Positions 15,157-25,322 of a stretch of DNA of 64,000 bases are shown here, piece after piece (within the stretch, counting starts at the first letter, position 1; every line of letters starts with the position of its first letter). Under the pieces are notes generated by a model. It saw only the letters and a list, made by a program, of their open reading frames with translations, had not been told where the DNA came from and made no database searches. The translations under genes and the position numbers were made by a program. This DNA is from Nitrospirota bacterium (GTDB lineage: Bacteria; Nitrospirota; JACRHJ01): NCBI GenBank assembly GCA_016212105.1, contig JACRHJ010000013.1, forward strand, positions 46,782 to 110,781, written 5' to 3'.

Positions 15157-17271
15157 ATGTCATCCGGCAGGGAAATATCAGCGGAAGGCGTCATCGGCAG
15201 GAACAGGTTCCTCATCGCCGTGTCCGCGGCATACTTGGCCGCGGCCGTCAGCCCGCTGTGGGGGCTCGCATGGGGCACGATGGCCGCGGCGGTCTGGTCC
15301 GGCGTCGTACTCGTCCTGCTCCTTGCCGGGAGCTGGCGGATGCTGCGCGCGGGCGGCCCGCAGTCGAGGACGGACTTCGAGTTCATCGTCCCGCTCATCC
15401 TCGCGGTGAACCTCTTCGCGTCGCTGCTCGGCCCGGACAGGGCATGGCTCCAGCCGATGGCATATCTTGTTGTCGCCCTCTGCGCCCTCTACTTCTCCAT
15501 AGGCTTCAACCTCTCGGTCGCGGGCCTGATATTCGGTCTCGAATTTCTGAACGCCGTCGTCACGCCTGACGGCCTCGACCTCGAGAAGTCCATAAGCCTC
15601 CTCGTCTTCGGCGCGTACCTCGTGGCCGCCGCGCTGGTCCTCGGCAGGCTGTTCCAGTCCGAGTACAGGAAGCGGGAGCGGGCTGTCAAGGCCGTGAAAC
15701 GGCTGCAGGAGGGCGCGCTTTCGCTCGACACCGAAGACACGCCCGACCCGACGGTCGGACACATCTCCCCCGTGGGGAAGATGGGCAGGCTCCTCGACCA
15801 GGCGGCGACGCTCGACCGCGCACTCGAAGACCTCCTCGAGACCGCCCGCTCCGCGATACCCTCCGAGAACGCGCTCCTGTTCATGCCGGAGAGCGGGGGG
15901 GACGGCCTGTTCCTGAGGCTTTACCTGGGCGGCGCGGGCATAATCGAGGACTGCACCATACCCGCGGGCCAAGGGCTTGTCGGCTGGGTGGCCAAGGAGA
16001 AAAAGCCTCTGGTCACGCACGGCAAGGCGAGGGGCATTGGATACGTAAAGAACGAGGAGTCAGTGCGCTCGCTGGTAGCCGCGCCGATAATGAACGGCGG
16101 CTACCTGGAGGGTGTCATAGTGCTCGACTCCTCCCAGCCGGACGCGTTCACGGACGTCGAGAAGGACGTGCTGGAGCGGTTCGCGGGAATCGCGCTGTAC
16201 CTGCTCCAGAACGCGAGGCAGTACCAGCAGGCGGACCACTCAGCCAGGAACTTCGGAGCGCTCCACAAGATAAGCTCCGAGCTGTCTTCCACGCTCGACC
16301 TGGGCGACATACTGGAGCGGCTCGCTACTCTCTCAAAGGACATCCTGCCCTACGACAACCTCACCATCGCCCTGACCGAGGCGGGCGGCAAGGTGCGGTT
16401 CAGGACGATAAAGGGCTACGGGCCGATGCAGCCCCCTGCCGACGCGGTGGCCGTCGAGGGTAGCCTGCTCGGCTGGATCGTCGAGAACCGCCAGCCGCTC
16501 AGCTTCTCGGACCTCGACCAGCGCACCGACAAGCTGCCTATATTCCCCGTCAAGGACCTCCAGGCCTCATGCCGGTCTTTCCTCGGCATACCGCTGGTCA
16601 GCCACGACGAGGTGCTGGGGCTGTTCACGCTGTCGCTCCGGGAGCCGGACGCGATAACCGGATACCAGCAGCACGTGCTGTCCATCATAGCGAACCAGGT
16701 CGCGGTCAACATAGCCAACGCGAAGCTGCACTACATGATGCAGCAGATGGCGACGACCGACGGGCTGACCGGGCTCATCAACCACAGGCATTTCCAGGAG
16801 AAGGCGGACGCGGAGTTCGCGCGCGTGGCGCGGTACCCCGGCCCGCTGTCCATACTCCTGCTGGACATCGACCACTTCAAAAAGGTGAACGACACTTACG
16901 GACACCCCGTCGGGGACGCGGTATTGAAGCGCGTATCGAAGATACTCAAGGACACGGTCCGGGACTCGGACATCGCGGCCCGTTACGGAGGCGAGGAGTT
17001 CGTCGCGCTCCTCACGAACACGGACGAGAAGGGCGCGATGCAGATGGCGGAGCGCATCCGCGTGACCATCGAGAAGAGCCGGTTCCTTCTGGACGGCAAG
17101 AACATACCCATCACGGTAAGCGTCGGCTGCGCGAGCCACCCGGTGGACGCGGGCGACAAGGCCGGGCTTATCGCGAAGGCCGACCAGGCACTCTACTGGT
17201 CCAAGGGCCACGGCAGGAACCGCTGCACGCCGTCGCGCGAGGTGGGCGATGCCGCCCCGGAGAAACATTAG
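15157..17271 (+). CDS. Membrane-anchored diguanylate cyclase with two GAF domains (GGDEF, GGEEF active-site motif)
   Basis: N-terminal multi-TM region, two GAF domains, then the GGDEF domain: LTGLINHRHFQEKADAEFARVARY..LSILLLDIDHFKKVNDTYGH..GDAVL...RYGGEEFVALL. Start set at ATG 15157 (GAGG RBS), after the K hairpin repeat, rather than the upstream TTG 15073. Confidence 0.9.
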   Translation: MSSGREISAEGVIGRNRFLIAVSAAYLAAAVSPLWGLAWGTMAAAVWSGVVLVLLLAGSWRMLRAGGPQSRTDFEFIVPLILAVNLFASLLGPDRAWLQPMAYLVVALCALYFSIGFNLSVAGLIFGLEFLNAVVTPDGLDLEKSISLLVFGAYLVAAALVLGRLFQSEYRKRERAVKAVKRLQEGALSLDTEDTPDPTVGHISPVGKMGRLLDQAATLDRALEDLLETARSAIPSENALLFMPESGGDGLFLRLYLGGAGIIEDCTIPAGQGLVGWVAKEKKPLVTHGKARGIGYVKNEESVRSLVAAPIMNGGYLEGVIVLDSSQPDAFTDVEKDVLERFAGIALYLLQNARQYQQADHSARNFGALHKISSELSSTLDLGDILERLATLSKDILPYDNLTIALTEAGGKVRFRTIKGYGPMQPPADAVAVEGSLLGWIVENRQPLSFSDLDQRTDKLPIFPVKDLQASCRSFLGIPLVSHDEVLGLFTLSLREPDAITGYQQHVLSIIANQVAVNIANAKLHYMMQQMATTDGLTGLINHRHFQEKADAEFARVARYPGPLSILLLDIDHFKKVNDTYGHPVGDAVLKRVSKILKDTVRDSDIAARYGGEEFVALLTNTDEKGAMQMAERIRVTIEKSRFLLDGKNIPITVSVGCASHPVDAGDKAGLIAKADQALYWSKGHGRNRCTPSREVGDAAPEKH

Positions 17272-17372
17272 GACACTTCCACGTCCCGCCTTTTTGTAAA
17301 AAGGCGGCCCAAAAACTTTCGGCAGATTGCATTGTTCCATGCCGCCTGAACTGCTGGTACTGCAAAATTCTA

Positions 17373-17401
17373 TTGCATTTTTGTAATGATGCATCTATTA
17401 T
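17373..17401 (+). promoter_or_regulatory. Putative sigma70 promoter (TTGCAT-17-TATTAT) in an AT-rich leader upstream of the hybrid kinase
   Basis: tctaTTGCATttttgtaatgatgcatcTATTATattaaaat. It overlaps the TGCAAaattctaTTGCA and GATGCATC palindromes, which are possible operators. Confidence 0.45.
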
Positions 17402-17446
17402 ATTAAAATATCTTCACTTTTCCCTCGACATCCCAAGAAAGGAAGC

Positions 17447-20119
17447 ATGAAGAACAGCCTCAGGACAAGAGCCCTGCTGGTCGTCTTTGCAACCCTTTCC
17501 CTCGTGCTGGGCGCGAACACGCTCATCCTTTCCTGGGGGTTCGCGAGCTTCCAGAAGGAGACCCTCCAGACCAAGACCCGGATACTCGGGGAGCACCTGC
17601 GCGAACAGCTCGCCCGCGCGATAAACCTCGGCCTGCCCCTGGACGCGCTCGAGGGCGTCAACGAGTCCTGCCGCGAGATAATCGAGGACGACAAGGACAT
17701 CGGGTACGCCATGCTGGTGGACACCCAGAGCAGGATACTCTACCACAACGACCCGCTCCTCGCCGGCCGCTTCCTCAGGGACCCGGCGTCCGTCAAGGCT
17801 TCCGCCGCCACCGACTACGTCGTCCAGACCCGTACCGAGGACGACGTCAGGTACTACGACGTGTCCATCCCGATATTCGACACGGACCACAAGCTGCTCG
17901 GCTCCGTCCGGCTCGGGCTCAAGTACAACTCCGTCTCGGCGCACATCTACCCGCTGCTCATCAAGTCCTTCTTCGTCGCGCTGTTCACGTTCATCCTCGC
18001 GTCCGCGCTCGTGTCCTTCCTGGTCAGCAGGAAGATAGTCAACCCGATAGTCGAGCTTTCCGGCACGGCGTCCCAGATCGCCGAGGGCGACCTCTCCCGC
18101 CGCCTCGTCATCTCGTCCAGGGACGAGGTCGGCCAGCTCGCGGGCTCCTTCAACCGGATGGCCGAGTCGCTCCGCGAGAGGGAGGAGCGCATACAGGACG
18201 GGTACCGCGACCTCGAGACCGCCAACGAGAGCCTCCAGTACTCCTACGCCCAGCTCGAGGAGGCCGCGGCCGAGCTGGAGCTGAAGGGCTCGCACCTGAA
18301 CGAGAAGGTGGCCGAGCTGTCGTTCCTCCACGACGCGACGGACCGCCTCAGGCTTAGCATCGAGCTGGACGACATCCTCTCCTCCGTCGTGCGCGACACC
18401 ACCGTCGGCCTCGGTTACGAGCGGGTGCTGCTCGCACTCGTGGACGACAGCTCGAAGACGCTGACCGAGAGGCTCGCCATAGGCTTCGACGGGAAGGACA
18501 GGCCGCCGTTCTCCGAGCCGCTCGACGGCAGCAGCGTGTTCGCGGCCGCGGTCTCGGAGCGGGGCGTCCAGTACGTCGCCCAGGCGTCCCTCGACTCGCG
18601 CGTCCCCAAGCACGTCGAGGAGTCCCTGAACCTGAAGGAGTTCGCCGTCATCCCGATGGTGGGCAAGGACCGATGCGTCGGAGCGCTCATAGCGGACAAC
18701 AGGCGTACGTCAATGCCCATACGCAAGGACAAGCTCGACATCATGAACACCTTCGCCTCCACCGCCGCAATGGCGGTCGAGAACGCATACCTCTACCGCC
18801 AGCTCGTGGACAACCTCGACACGGTCGAGCGCGCGAACCGCGAGCTACGCATGCTCGACAGGACGAAGACGAACTTCCTCTCGCTCGCCTCCCACGAGCT
18901 TCGCACCCCGCTCGTCTCGGTGATGGGCTACCTGAACCTCATGCTCGCAGGCGACCTGGGCGAGATCTCAGCCGAGCAGAGGGAGATGCTGGAGATTGCC
19001 ATCAAAGGCGCGTCCCGCCTCCGGGACATTATCGAGGACCTCCTGATGGTCGCGAAGATCGAGGGCGGGCGTATGCCCCTCAAGCTCCGCTGGATCTCGG
19101 CATCGGACGTGGTCGGCTCGTCCATAGACGAGATAAAGACGTTCATGGGCGGGCGCGAGGTGGCGATAAAGACCGAGGGCCTGGAGCTTCTTCCCAAGTT
19201 CGAGGCCGACTTCGACCGTGTTCAGCAGTGCTTCATCAACGTCATAGGGAACGCGGTGAAGTACACCCCGGACGGGGGCAGGATAACCGTCAGCGGCCGC
19301 AAGGTGAAGGTGGACAGGGAAAAGGGCAAGATAAAGCCGGTGCCGTTCGACAACTCCATACTCTCGTCCGACACCTACCTGGAGTTCGTGGTCGAGGACA
19401 CCGGCATAGGCATAAACAAGGAGGACCTCGAAAAGATATTCGACAAGTTCTTCGAGGCCGGCGACGTGGACATGCACTCCACCGGCAAGTCCAAGTTCCT
19501 CGGCGGAGGCACGGGCCTCGGCCTCTCCATAGTCAAGGGCATCGTCGAGGCGCACCACGGCCGAATCTGGGCGGAGAGCGACTGCAGCGACGCCGAGAGA
19601 TGCCCCGGCAGCCGGTTCGTCATGCTCGTCCCGATGAAGCAGCCCGTATCCAAGGCCGAGGCCCCGCTCCCGGTCATGGAAAAAGAGGCGTTTGCGCGCA
19701 CGGAGGCCTCCGTCCCGAACATGCCCAAGGTCGCGGCCCAGAAGCCCAGGGTCCTGCTAATCGAGGACGACGAGGACACCATAGTGTTCACCCGCCTGAT
19801 CCTCGACAAGAAGTTCAGCGTCTCGGTCGCCAAGGACGGGTTCGAGGGGCTGAAGAAGGCCTTCTCGGAGAAGCCGGTCGCCATCCTGTTAGACGTCTGG
19901 ATGCACGGCATAGACGGGCTCGAGGTATGCAGGATACTCAAGGAGAACAAGCGCACGTCCGACATACCGGTGGCGATGTTCACCGCGGCCGCCCAGCAGC
20001 ACGAGAGGGAGCGCGGCATGAGCGCCGGAGCGGACGACTACATCACGAAGCCGTTCACCCCGGCCGAGCTGAACCAGCGTATCGAGAAGCTCATCAGCAG
20101 CGCTGCCAGGGTCTCCTGA
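17447..20119 (+). CDS. Hybrid sensor histidine kinase (periplasmic sensor-HAMP-GAF-HisKA-HATPase_c-REC)
   Basis: Two TM segments flank a ~150-aa periplasmic domain. HAMP (ELSGTASQIAEGDLSRRL). H-box SHELRTPL; G-boxes GTGLGLSI; C-terminal REC (VLLIEDDEDT...DVWMHGIDG...K). Confidence 0.9.
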   Translation: MKNSLRTRALLVVFATLSLVLGANTLILSWGFASFQKETLQTKTRILGEHLREQLARAINLGLPLDALEGVNESCREIIEDDKDIGYAMLVDTQSRILYHNDPLLAGRFLRDPASVKASAATDYVVQTRTEDDVRYYDVSIPIFDTDHKLLGSVRLGLKYNSVSAHIYPLLIKSFFVALFTFILASALVSFLVSRKIVNPIVELSGTASQIAEGDLSRRLVISSRDEVGQLAGSFNRMAESLREREERIQDGYRDLETANESLQYSYAQLEEAAAELELKGSHLNEKVAELSFLHDATDRLRLSIELDDILSSVVRDTTVGLGYERVLLALVDDSSKTLTERLAIGFDGKDRPPFSEPLDGSSVFAAAVSERGVQYVAQASLDSRVPKHVEESLNLKEFAVIPMVGKDRCVGALIADNRRTSMPIRKDKLDIMNTFASTAAMAVENAYLYRQLVDNLDTVERANRELRMLDRTKTNFLSLASHELRTPLVSVMGYLNLMLAGDLGEISAEQREMLEIAIKGASRLRDIIEDLLMVAKIEGGRMPLKLRWISASDVVGSSIDEIKTFMGGREVAIKTEGLELLPKFEADFDRVQQCFINVIGNAVKYTPDGGRITVSGRKVKVDREKGKIKPVPFDNSILSSDTYLEFVVEDTGIGINKEDLEKIFDKFFEAGDVDMHSTGKSKFLGGGTGLGLSIVKGIVEAHHGRIWAESDCSDAERCPGSRFVMLVPMKQPVSKAEAPLPVMEKEAFARTEASVPNMPKVAAQKPRVLLIEDDEDTIVFTRLILDKKFSVSVAKDGFEGLKKAFSEKPVAILLDVWMHGIDGLEVCRILKENKRTSDIPVAMFTAAAQQHERERGMSAGADDYITKPFTPAELNQRIEKLISSAARVS

Positions 20120-20124
20120 CCCCT

Positions 20125-20410
20125 TCCAGATTTGACACCCGCCGATTCCTCCGGTAATATTTATTCAACCCGCCGGGTTGTCATTCCCGCGAAAGCGGGA
20201 ATCCATTGGAAAAGCATAAAGCCAAAATGGACCCCCGTTTTCACGGGGGTGACAATCAAGGGATAAGTAGTAGGGTGGGCTGCGCCCACCAATAATAATC
20301 GGTGGGCATAGCCCACCCTACATGTTCGAGGTCTTTGTAGGGCGCGACGCCCTCGGCGCGCCGAGCCGTCAGACGATCGGTGCATAGCCCACCCTACATA
20401 TACAGGAGCG
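20125..20410. repeat. Intergenic mosaic (A, B, G, E, G)
   Basis: gtcattcccgcgaaagcgggaatcc; ggacccccgttttcacgggggtgac; tagggtgggctgcgcccacc...ggtgggcatagcccaccctaca; tgtagggcgcgacgccctcggcgcgccg. Confidence 0.85.
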
Positions 20411-20414
20411 CCTT

Positions 20415-22505
20415 TTGCTCGACAAATTCTTCAACCCGGCCTCCGTGTCCGTCATAGGGGCCGCACGCGAGCCGGGCAAGGTCGGGCACAGCATACTCTC
20501 CAATATGCTGGCCTACGGCTACAAGGGCGCGGTCTACCCGGTAAACCCGAAGACGGACGAGATAAACGGCCTCCGCTCATACAAGGACGTCCTGTCCATC
20601 CCGGGGCCGGTGGACCTCGCCGTCGTCGCCGTGCCGAGCCCGCATGTGGCGGGCGTGATACGGGACTGCGGCAGGAAGGGCATAACCGCCGCCGTGGTCA
20701 TTACCGCGGGCTTCAAGGAGACCGGGCCGGAGGGCCACGAGGCCGAGAGGGAGATGCTCGCGGCCGCGTCCGAGAACTGCGTCCGCATACTCGGCCCCAA
20801 CTGCCTGGGCCTCCTGAACACCGCCATAGGCCTGAACGCCTCTTTCGCCCCGTCCATGCCGCACAAGGGGAGCATCGCGTTCTTCTCGCAGTCCGGCGCG
20901 CTCTGCACCGCGATACTCGACTGGTCCCTGTCCCGTGGCGTGGGTTTCTCGAAGTTCGTCAGCCTCGGCAACAAGTCCGACGTGAGCGAGCTGGACATGA
21001 TGGCCTACCTCGCGGACGACCCGGAGACGAAGGTCATACTCGGCTACATCGAAGGCGTGGAAAACGGCAGGCTGTTCATGGAGCGCGCCTGGGAGACGGT
21101 CAGGAAGACGCCGGTGATAATAGCCAAATCCGGCGGCACCGCCGCCGGGGCGAAGGCGGCGTCGTCTCACACAGGCTCCCTCGCGGGCTCGGAGCGCGCG
21201 TTCGACGCCGCATTCCGGCAGACCGGGGTGCTCCGAGCGTCCACCATACAGGAGCTTTTCAACTTCGCCCAGGCATTCGCGGCGAGCCCCATACCGGCCG
21301 GGCCGCACATCGCGGTCGTGACCAACGCGGGCGGGCCGGGCATCATCGCGGCCGACGCGGCCGAGCGGTCTGACGCCCGGATGGCCGAGTTCTCGCCGGA
21401 TACGATAGCGAGGCTCCGCGAAAAGCTTCCGCCTTCAGCGGGCTTCTTCAACCCCGTGGACGTCATAGGAGACGCGCGCTCAGACAGGTACGAGGCCGCG
21501 CTGGACGCGGTCCTGGACGACCCGTCCGTGGACGGCGCGCTCGTGATACTTACACCGCAGGCTATGACCGACGTGGAGGAGACCGCCCGCGTGATTACCT
21601 CCGTCCGCGCCAAAAAGGGCAAGCCGGTGCTCGCCTCTTTCATGGGCGGGCAGAGGGTCGCGGCTGGCATAGACCTCCTGAACGCGGCGGGCCTCCCGGT
21701 CTACCCGTACCCGGAGGACGGTGTCAAAGCCTTCGAGGCGCTGGTGCATTACCGCTCCGCGCGAGAGAAGACGCCGCCTGAGCCGAAACACTTCGATGTG
21801 GACTCGGCCTCCGTGCACAGGGCCATATCCAAGGCCATAGGCTCCGGAGGCCGCGAGCTTGGCGAGAAGGACGCGCGCGAGGTGCTCACCGCGTACGGCT
21901 TCCGGGTGCCAGGTAACGTCCTCGCGGTGACGTCTTCCGAGGCGGTCAAGGCCGCGCGCTCCATCGGGTACCCGGTCGTGATGAAGATAGCGTCGCCCGA
22001 CATACTGCACAAGACGGACGTCGGAGGCGTAAAGGTCGGGGTGAAGGACGACAAGGCGGTCGAGGCCGCGTTCCTCGAGATAACGTCGAACGCAAGGCGG
22101 CTGATGCCGTCCGCGCTTGTCCTCGGCTGCATGGTGCAGGAGATGGTGTCCGGAGGCCGCGAGGTCATTATCGGGATGAGCGCGGACCCGCAGTTCGGGC
22201 CGCTTCTGATGTTCGGCATGGGCGGTATATACGTCGAGGCGCTCAAGGACGTGACCTTCCGGGTCGCGCCCATCGACGAAAGAGACGCCAGGGAGATGGT
22301 CGAGGAGATAAAGACCTACAGGATACTTAAAGGTTTACGTGGGGAGAAGTCTTCCGACATGGACGCTATAATCGACGGCATCCTGCGTGTATCGCAGCTC
22401 GTCACGGACTTCCCGGACATAGTCGAGATGGACATCAACCCGTTCCTCGTCATGGAGGAGGGCCGGGGCGCGGTCACCGTGGACGCGAGGTTGACGCTAA
22501 AATAG
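20415..22505 (+). CDS. Acetyl-CoA synthetase (ADP-forming), fused alpha/beta (NDP-forming acyl-CoA synthetase family)
   Basis: N-terminal CoA-binding domain (FNPASVSVIGAAREPGKVGH), ligase-CoA domain and C-terminal ATP-grasp domain; 696 aa. Confidence 0.85.
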   Translation: MLDKFFNPASVSVIGAAREPGKVGHSILSNMLAYGYKGAVYPVNPKTDEINGLRSYKDVLSIPGPVDLAVVAVPSPHVAGVIRDCGRKGITAAVVITAGFKETGPEGHEAEREMLAAASENCVRILGPNCLGLLNTAIGLNASFAPSMPHKGSIAFFSQSGALCTAILDWSLSRGVGFSKFVSLGNKSDVSELDMMAYLADDPETKVILGYIEGVENGRLFMERAWETVRKTPVIIAKSGGTAAGAKAASSHTGSLAGSERAFDAAFRQTGVLRASTIQELFNFAQAFAASPIPAGPHIAVVTNAGGPGIIAADAAERSDARMAEFSPDTIARLREKLPPSAGFFNPVDVIGDARSDRYEAALDAVLDDPSVDGALVILTPQAMTDVEETARVITSVRAKKGKPVLASFMGGQRVAAGIDLLNAAGLPVYPYPEDGVKAFEALVHYRSAREKTPPEPKHFDVDSASVHRAISKAIGSGGRELGEKDAREVLTAYGFRVPGNVLAVTSSEAVKAARSIGYPVVMKIASPDILHKTDVGGVKVGVKDDKAVEAAFLEITSNARRLMPSALVLGCMVQEMVSGGREVIIGMSADPQFGPLLMFGMGGIYVEALKDVTFRVAPIDERDAREMVEEIKTYRILKGLRGEKSSDMDAIIDGILRVSQLVTDFPDIVEMDINPFLVMEEGRGAVTVDARLTLK

Positions 22506-22510
22506 GAGGT

Positions 22511-23587
22511 ATGCGGATGGTCTCGATATACATCGTCTCCACCACGGGCTACTCCGGCAAGAGCCTGGTTACACTCGGGCTCGGCCTGAGGATGCGGGCG
22601 GACGGCATCTCGGCGGGTTTCATGAAGCCATTCGGCAGGTCGCCGGTCGTGGAGGACGGGGTCCTTATGGACGGCGACGCCTCGTTCATGAAGAAGACGC
22701 TCGGCCTCGACGACCCTGTCGGGACGATATGCCCGGTGGTCTACACGCACGACCTGTACGCCGAGGCGCTGCGCGGCAGGGGCCGGGACCTGGCCACGGC
22801 CGTGATGAAGGCACACAAGGCGCTGTCGAAGGGCAGGGACGCCCTCCTTGTCGGCGGCGCGCGCGACGTCTACGACGGCGCGTTCATCGGCATCTCCGCG
22901 CTCCGGCTGATACCAAAGATGGACGCGAAGGTGCTGATGGTGGACCCGTTCGAAGGCGAGGTCTGCGTGGACTGTCTGCTTGCCGTGAAGGAGCTTCTCG
23001 GAGACCGGCTGATAGGCGCCGTGGTCAACAAGGTCCCGGCCGAGGGCGTGGACTTCGTCCGGGGGATGGCCGGGCCCTTCCTCAAGAAAAAGGGCATCCC
23101 GCTCCTGGGCGTAATACCGGCGGACAAGCTGCTCCACTCCATATCCGTCGGCCAGCTCGCCGAGTCGCTCGGCGGCCGCGTGCTGTGCGCGGAGGACAGG
23201 CTCGACGAGCTTGTCGAGAACTTCCTCATAGGCGCGATGGACGCGGAGAGCGCGCTCAAATACTTCCGGAAGACGCCGAACAAGGCTGTAGTCACCGGCG
23301 GCCACCGCTCGGACATACAGCTCGCCGCGCTGGAGACGTCCACCCGCTGCCTCGTCCTGACGGGCGACATGCTGCCGAACAACCTGATAATCGCCAAGGC
23401 ACGCACCGCCGGAGTCCCCATCATCGTGGTCAGGCACGACACGCTCACCACCGTGGAGCGGTTCGAGGCCGTACTCGGCAAGGTCAGGATACGCGAGGAG
23501 CGCAAGGTGGAAAGCGCCCGCTGGATGATGGAGGAGCATTTCGACTACAAGGCCTTCTACAGGCTCGCGGGGCTGAGGAAGCCTTGA
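22511..23587 (+). CDS. Phosphotransacetylase N-terminal-domain-like protein (P-loop/DRTGG domain)
   Basis: MRMVSIYIVSTTGYSGKSLVTLGL (CobQ/Pta-N-like P-loop) and a later DRTGG-like segment (GGHRSD). Adjacent to the ADP-forming acetyl-CoA synthetase. Confidence 0.65.
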   Translation: MRMVSIYIVSTTGYSGKSLVTLGLGLRMRADGISAGFMKPFGRSPVVEDGVLMDGDASFMKKTLGLDDPVGTICPVVYTHDLYAEALRGRGRDLATAVMKAHKALSKGRDALLVGGARDVYDGAFIGISALRLIPKMDAKVLMVDPFEGEVCVDCLLAVKELLGDRLIGAVVNKVPAEGVDFVRGMAGPFLKKKGIPLLGVIPADKLLHSISVGQLAESLGGRVLCAEDRLDELVENFLIGAMDAESALKYFRKTPNKAVVTGGHRSDIQLAALETSTRCLVLTGDMLPNNLIIAKARTAGVPIIVVRHDTLTTVERFEAVLGKVRIREERKVESARWMMEEHFDYKAFYRLAGLRKP

Positions 23588-23943
23588 GCCGAGGTTTCGT
23601 CGCCGCGCTCCTGTCCGGGCTCGCCTGCCCCGGCGCGGGGCAGATATACAACAGGCAGTACGTAAAGGGCGGGATACTTGCCGCCATAACGCTCATTATC
23701 GTCGGCGCGGTTTTCTATCTTACATGGACCGGGATGTCCGAGGCCACTTCGTCCATGCCCCCGGAGGAGGTGCTCCTGGACCTCTTCGGCATTGCCCGCC
23801 GCGTCCTCGAATCCAACAGGGAGACGTTCCTCCGGCTAACGGCCGCGTTCGCCGTCGTGTGGGTGTATGGCATGGTTGACGCATATGTGTGCGGCGGACG
23901 GGTAAAAGACCTCGACACGCCCGGCACGCGTGGGTCTTTGTAG
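23584..23943 (+). CDS. Small membrane protein (TM2/DUF4870-like GxGQxYNxQxxKG motif); TTG start overlapping the upstream stop
   Basis: The tail of ORF 22729..23943 reads MSRGFVAALLSGLACPGAGQIYNRQYVKGGILAAITLIIVGAVFYL... after TTG 23584, which is preceded by GAGGAAG. Not listed separately in the ORF track. Confidence 0.45.
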   Translation: MSRGFVAALLSGLACPGAGQIYNRQYVKGGILAAITLIIVGAVFYLTWTGMSEATSSMPPEEVLLDLFGIARRVLESNRETFLRLTAAFAVVWVYGMVDAYVCGGRVKDLDTPGTRGSL

Positions 23944-24068
23944 GGTGCGACGCCCCCTCAAGCCGATTGTCATTCCCGCGAAAGCGGGAATCCATTGTAA
24001 TGGCCGAGTCAAATTGGACCCCCGTTTTCACGGGGGTGACAGGCAGGGCCGACACACGGGTCGGCCCC
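23944..24068. repeat. Intergenic mosaic (E-like, A, B, C)
   Basis: tgtagggtgcgacgccccc; gtcattcccgcgaaagcgggaatcc; ggacccccgttttcacgggggtgac; gggccgacacacgggtcggcccctacatgaaag. Confidence 0.85.
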
Positions 24069-24071
24069 TAC

Positions 24072-24710
24072 ATGAAAGCAAGAAGATACACCTTGCCCGA
24101 AGACGCCTACAACATAGAATCCGGCGAGGACAAGGCCTGGCGCGAGCTGGCCGCCGCCGGCCCGGAGTCGGTCGTGAAGCGGAGCCTCGCTGCCTACGAC
24201 GCCGCGTCCGGCAGCTACACCCTGACTGTCTTCGGCGAGGAGTACCTCGTTTCACCCGCCACGCGGACCATATCCAACCTCTCAAACCCGTCACGCGCTG
24301 ACGAAATCCTGCTACGCCTCGCTGTACCCGTCTACCTCGTGAACGCCCGCGCGGTTGAGCCGTCCGGCGTGCTGGTCAAGGAGTTCACCGGCGGCGAGAT
24401 ATTCCTCAAGGGCACACACGTCCTGCCGACGGACGAGATAGCGAAGAAGTACGGAAGCGACGGTGATTATTTCCTGAGGGCGGGGATGGCGGAGCTTGGC
24501 GGAGCGCCGGTGAGGCTGGGTGATGCGGCAATCGGGTTCAGGCCGTTCCCGCGCGTCTCGATGACGATGATACTCTGGCTCATGGACGAGGAGTTTCCCG
24601 CGCGGGCGAGCCTTCTCTTCGACGGAAACGCGGACAGGCACATGCCTATTGACGTGGTCTGGGCGGCCGCCCTGCTGGCGTGTGAGAGGATGCTGAAGAT
24701 CCTGAATTAA
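24072..24710 (+). CDS. Hypothetical protein (212 aa)
   Basis: ATG 24072 immediately after the repeat block. Host-like GC; no family recognised by eye. Confidence 0.55.
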   Translation: MKARRYTLPEDAYNIESGEDKAWRELAAAGPESVVKRSLAAYDAASGSYTLTVFGEEYLVSPATRTISNLSNPSRADEILLRLAVPVYLVNARAVEPSGVLVKEFTGGEIFLKGTHVLPTDEIAKKYGSDGDYFLRAGMAELGGAPVRLGDAAIGFRPFPRVSMTMILWLMDEEFPARASLLFDGNADRHMPIDVVWAAALLACERMLKILN

Positions 24711-24716
24711 TATCAG

Positions 24717-25322
24717 TTAAGATATAACCGTTGATTTAAATGCACTTTGAATGTCTTCGATAAACTTCTTGAAACTATTATCTCGTTTTGATGCGAGTTT
24801 TACATCCATTTCTTTTGCTAAATCTCCTCCGTATTCGGCCCCGCCTCTACGTGGCCTTATCCCGCCAGCAATAAAGGCATCCCTCAACATCTTTTTGTAA
24901 ACATCCTTCTCGCATTTTCCAAGTTGCGGGGTATCGGGGGTAGGTATGTTGCCGACCGTCGCCAATGCTTTGCAATCCAATAAATACCAGCACTCGATAT
25001 GTGGCTCTGGTAAAGCCAGGACAAGCGGTGTCAATCCTAATGCATCGCCGGTCTCTTTTTCTACAAGTTTTCGTTTTCCGTTATAGCCAGAACAATTGGC
25101 ATCAACCGAAACCACGACAACATCGTATTTTATAGCACGGCCTATTTTCAACCCGCTCAAATACCGATAGTAGGTCCCCAACGATGCACCTTTTTGATCG
25201 TTAAGGACAACTATTTCGATAGCAATTTTCTTATCGGCGGCGACTCGTTCGATTAAACCGCAGATTATTTCTTTCTGCGCGATGTCCTCCAGAAACACGG
25301 CGACTCGAAGAATTCTACCCAC
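24717..25322 (-). CDS. DUF4276-family protein (TOPRIM/OLD-like, AbiLii-like) in a low-GC island
   Basis: GRILRVAVFLEDIAQKE (N-terminal acidic strand), DVVVVSVDAN (DxD-like), HIECWYLLD (E-x-W motif). Preferred start is GTG 25322 with GGAG 6 nt upstream, overlapping the upstream stop by 8 nt; TTG 25364 and ATG 25358 are alternatives. GC ~45%. Confidence 0.65.
   Translation of the reverse strand: MGRILRVAVFLEDIAQKEIICGLIERVAADKKIAIEIVVLNDQKGASLGTYYRYLSGLKIGRAIKYDVVVVSVDANCSGYNGKRKLVEKETGDALGLTPLVLALPEPHIECWYLLDCKALATVGNIPTPDTPQLGKCEKDVYKKMLRDAFIAGGIRPRRGGAEYGGDLAKEMDVKLASKRDNSFKKFIEDIQSAFKSTVIS

Noticed and set aside
22729-23583. 404-aa ORF in an alternative frame over the Pta-N-like gene
   Set aside because: Only its last 120 codons (from TTG 23584) look like a real membrane protein; the rest overlaps a gene with clear P-loop motifs.
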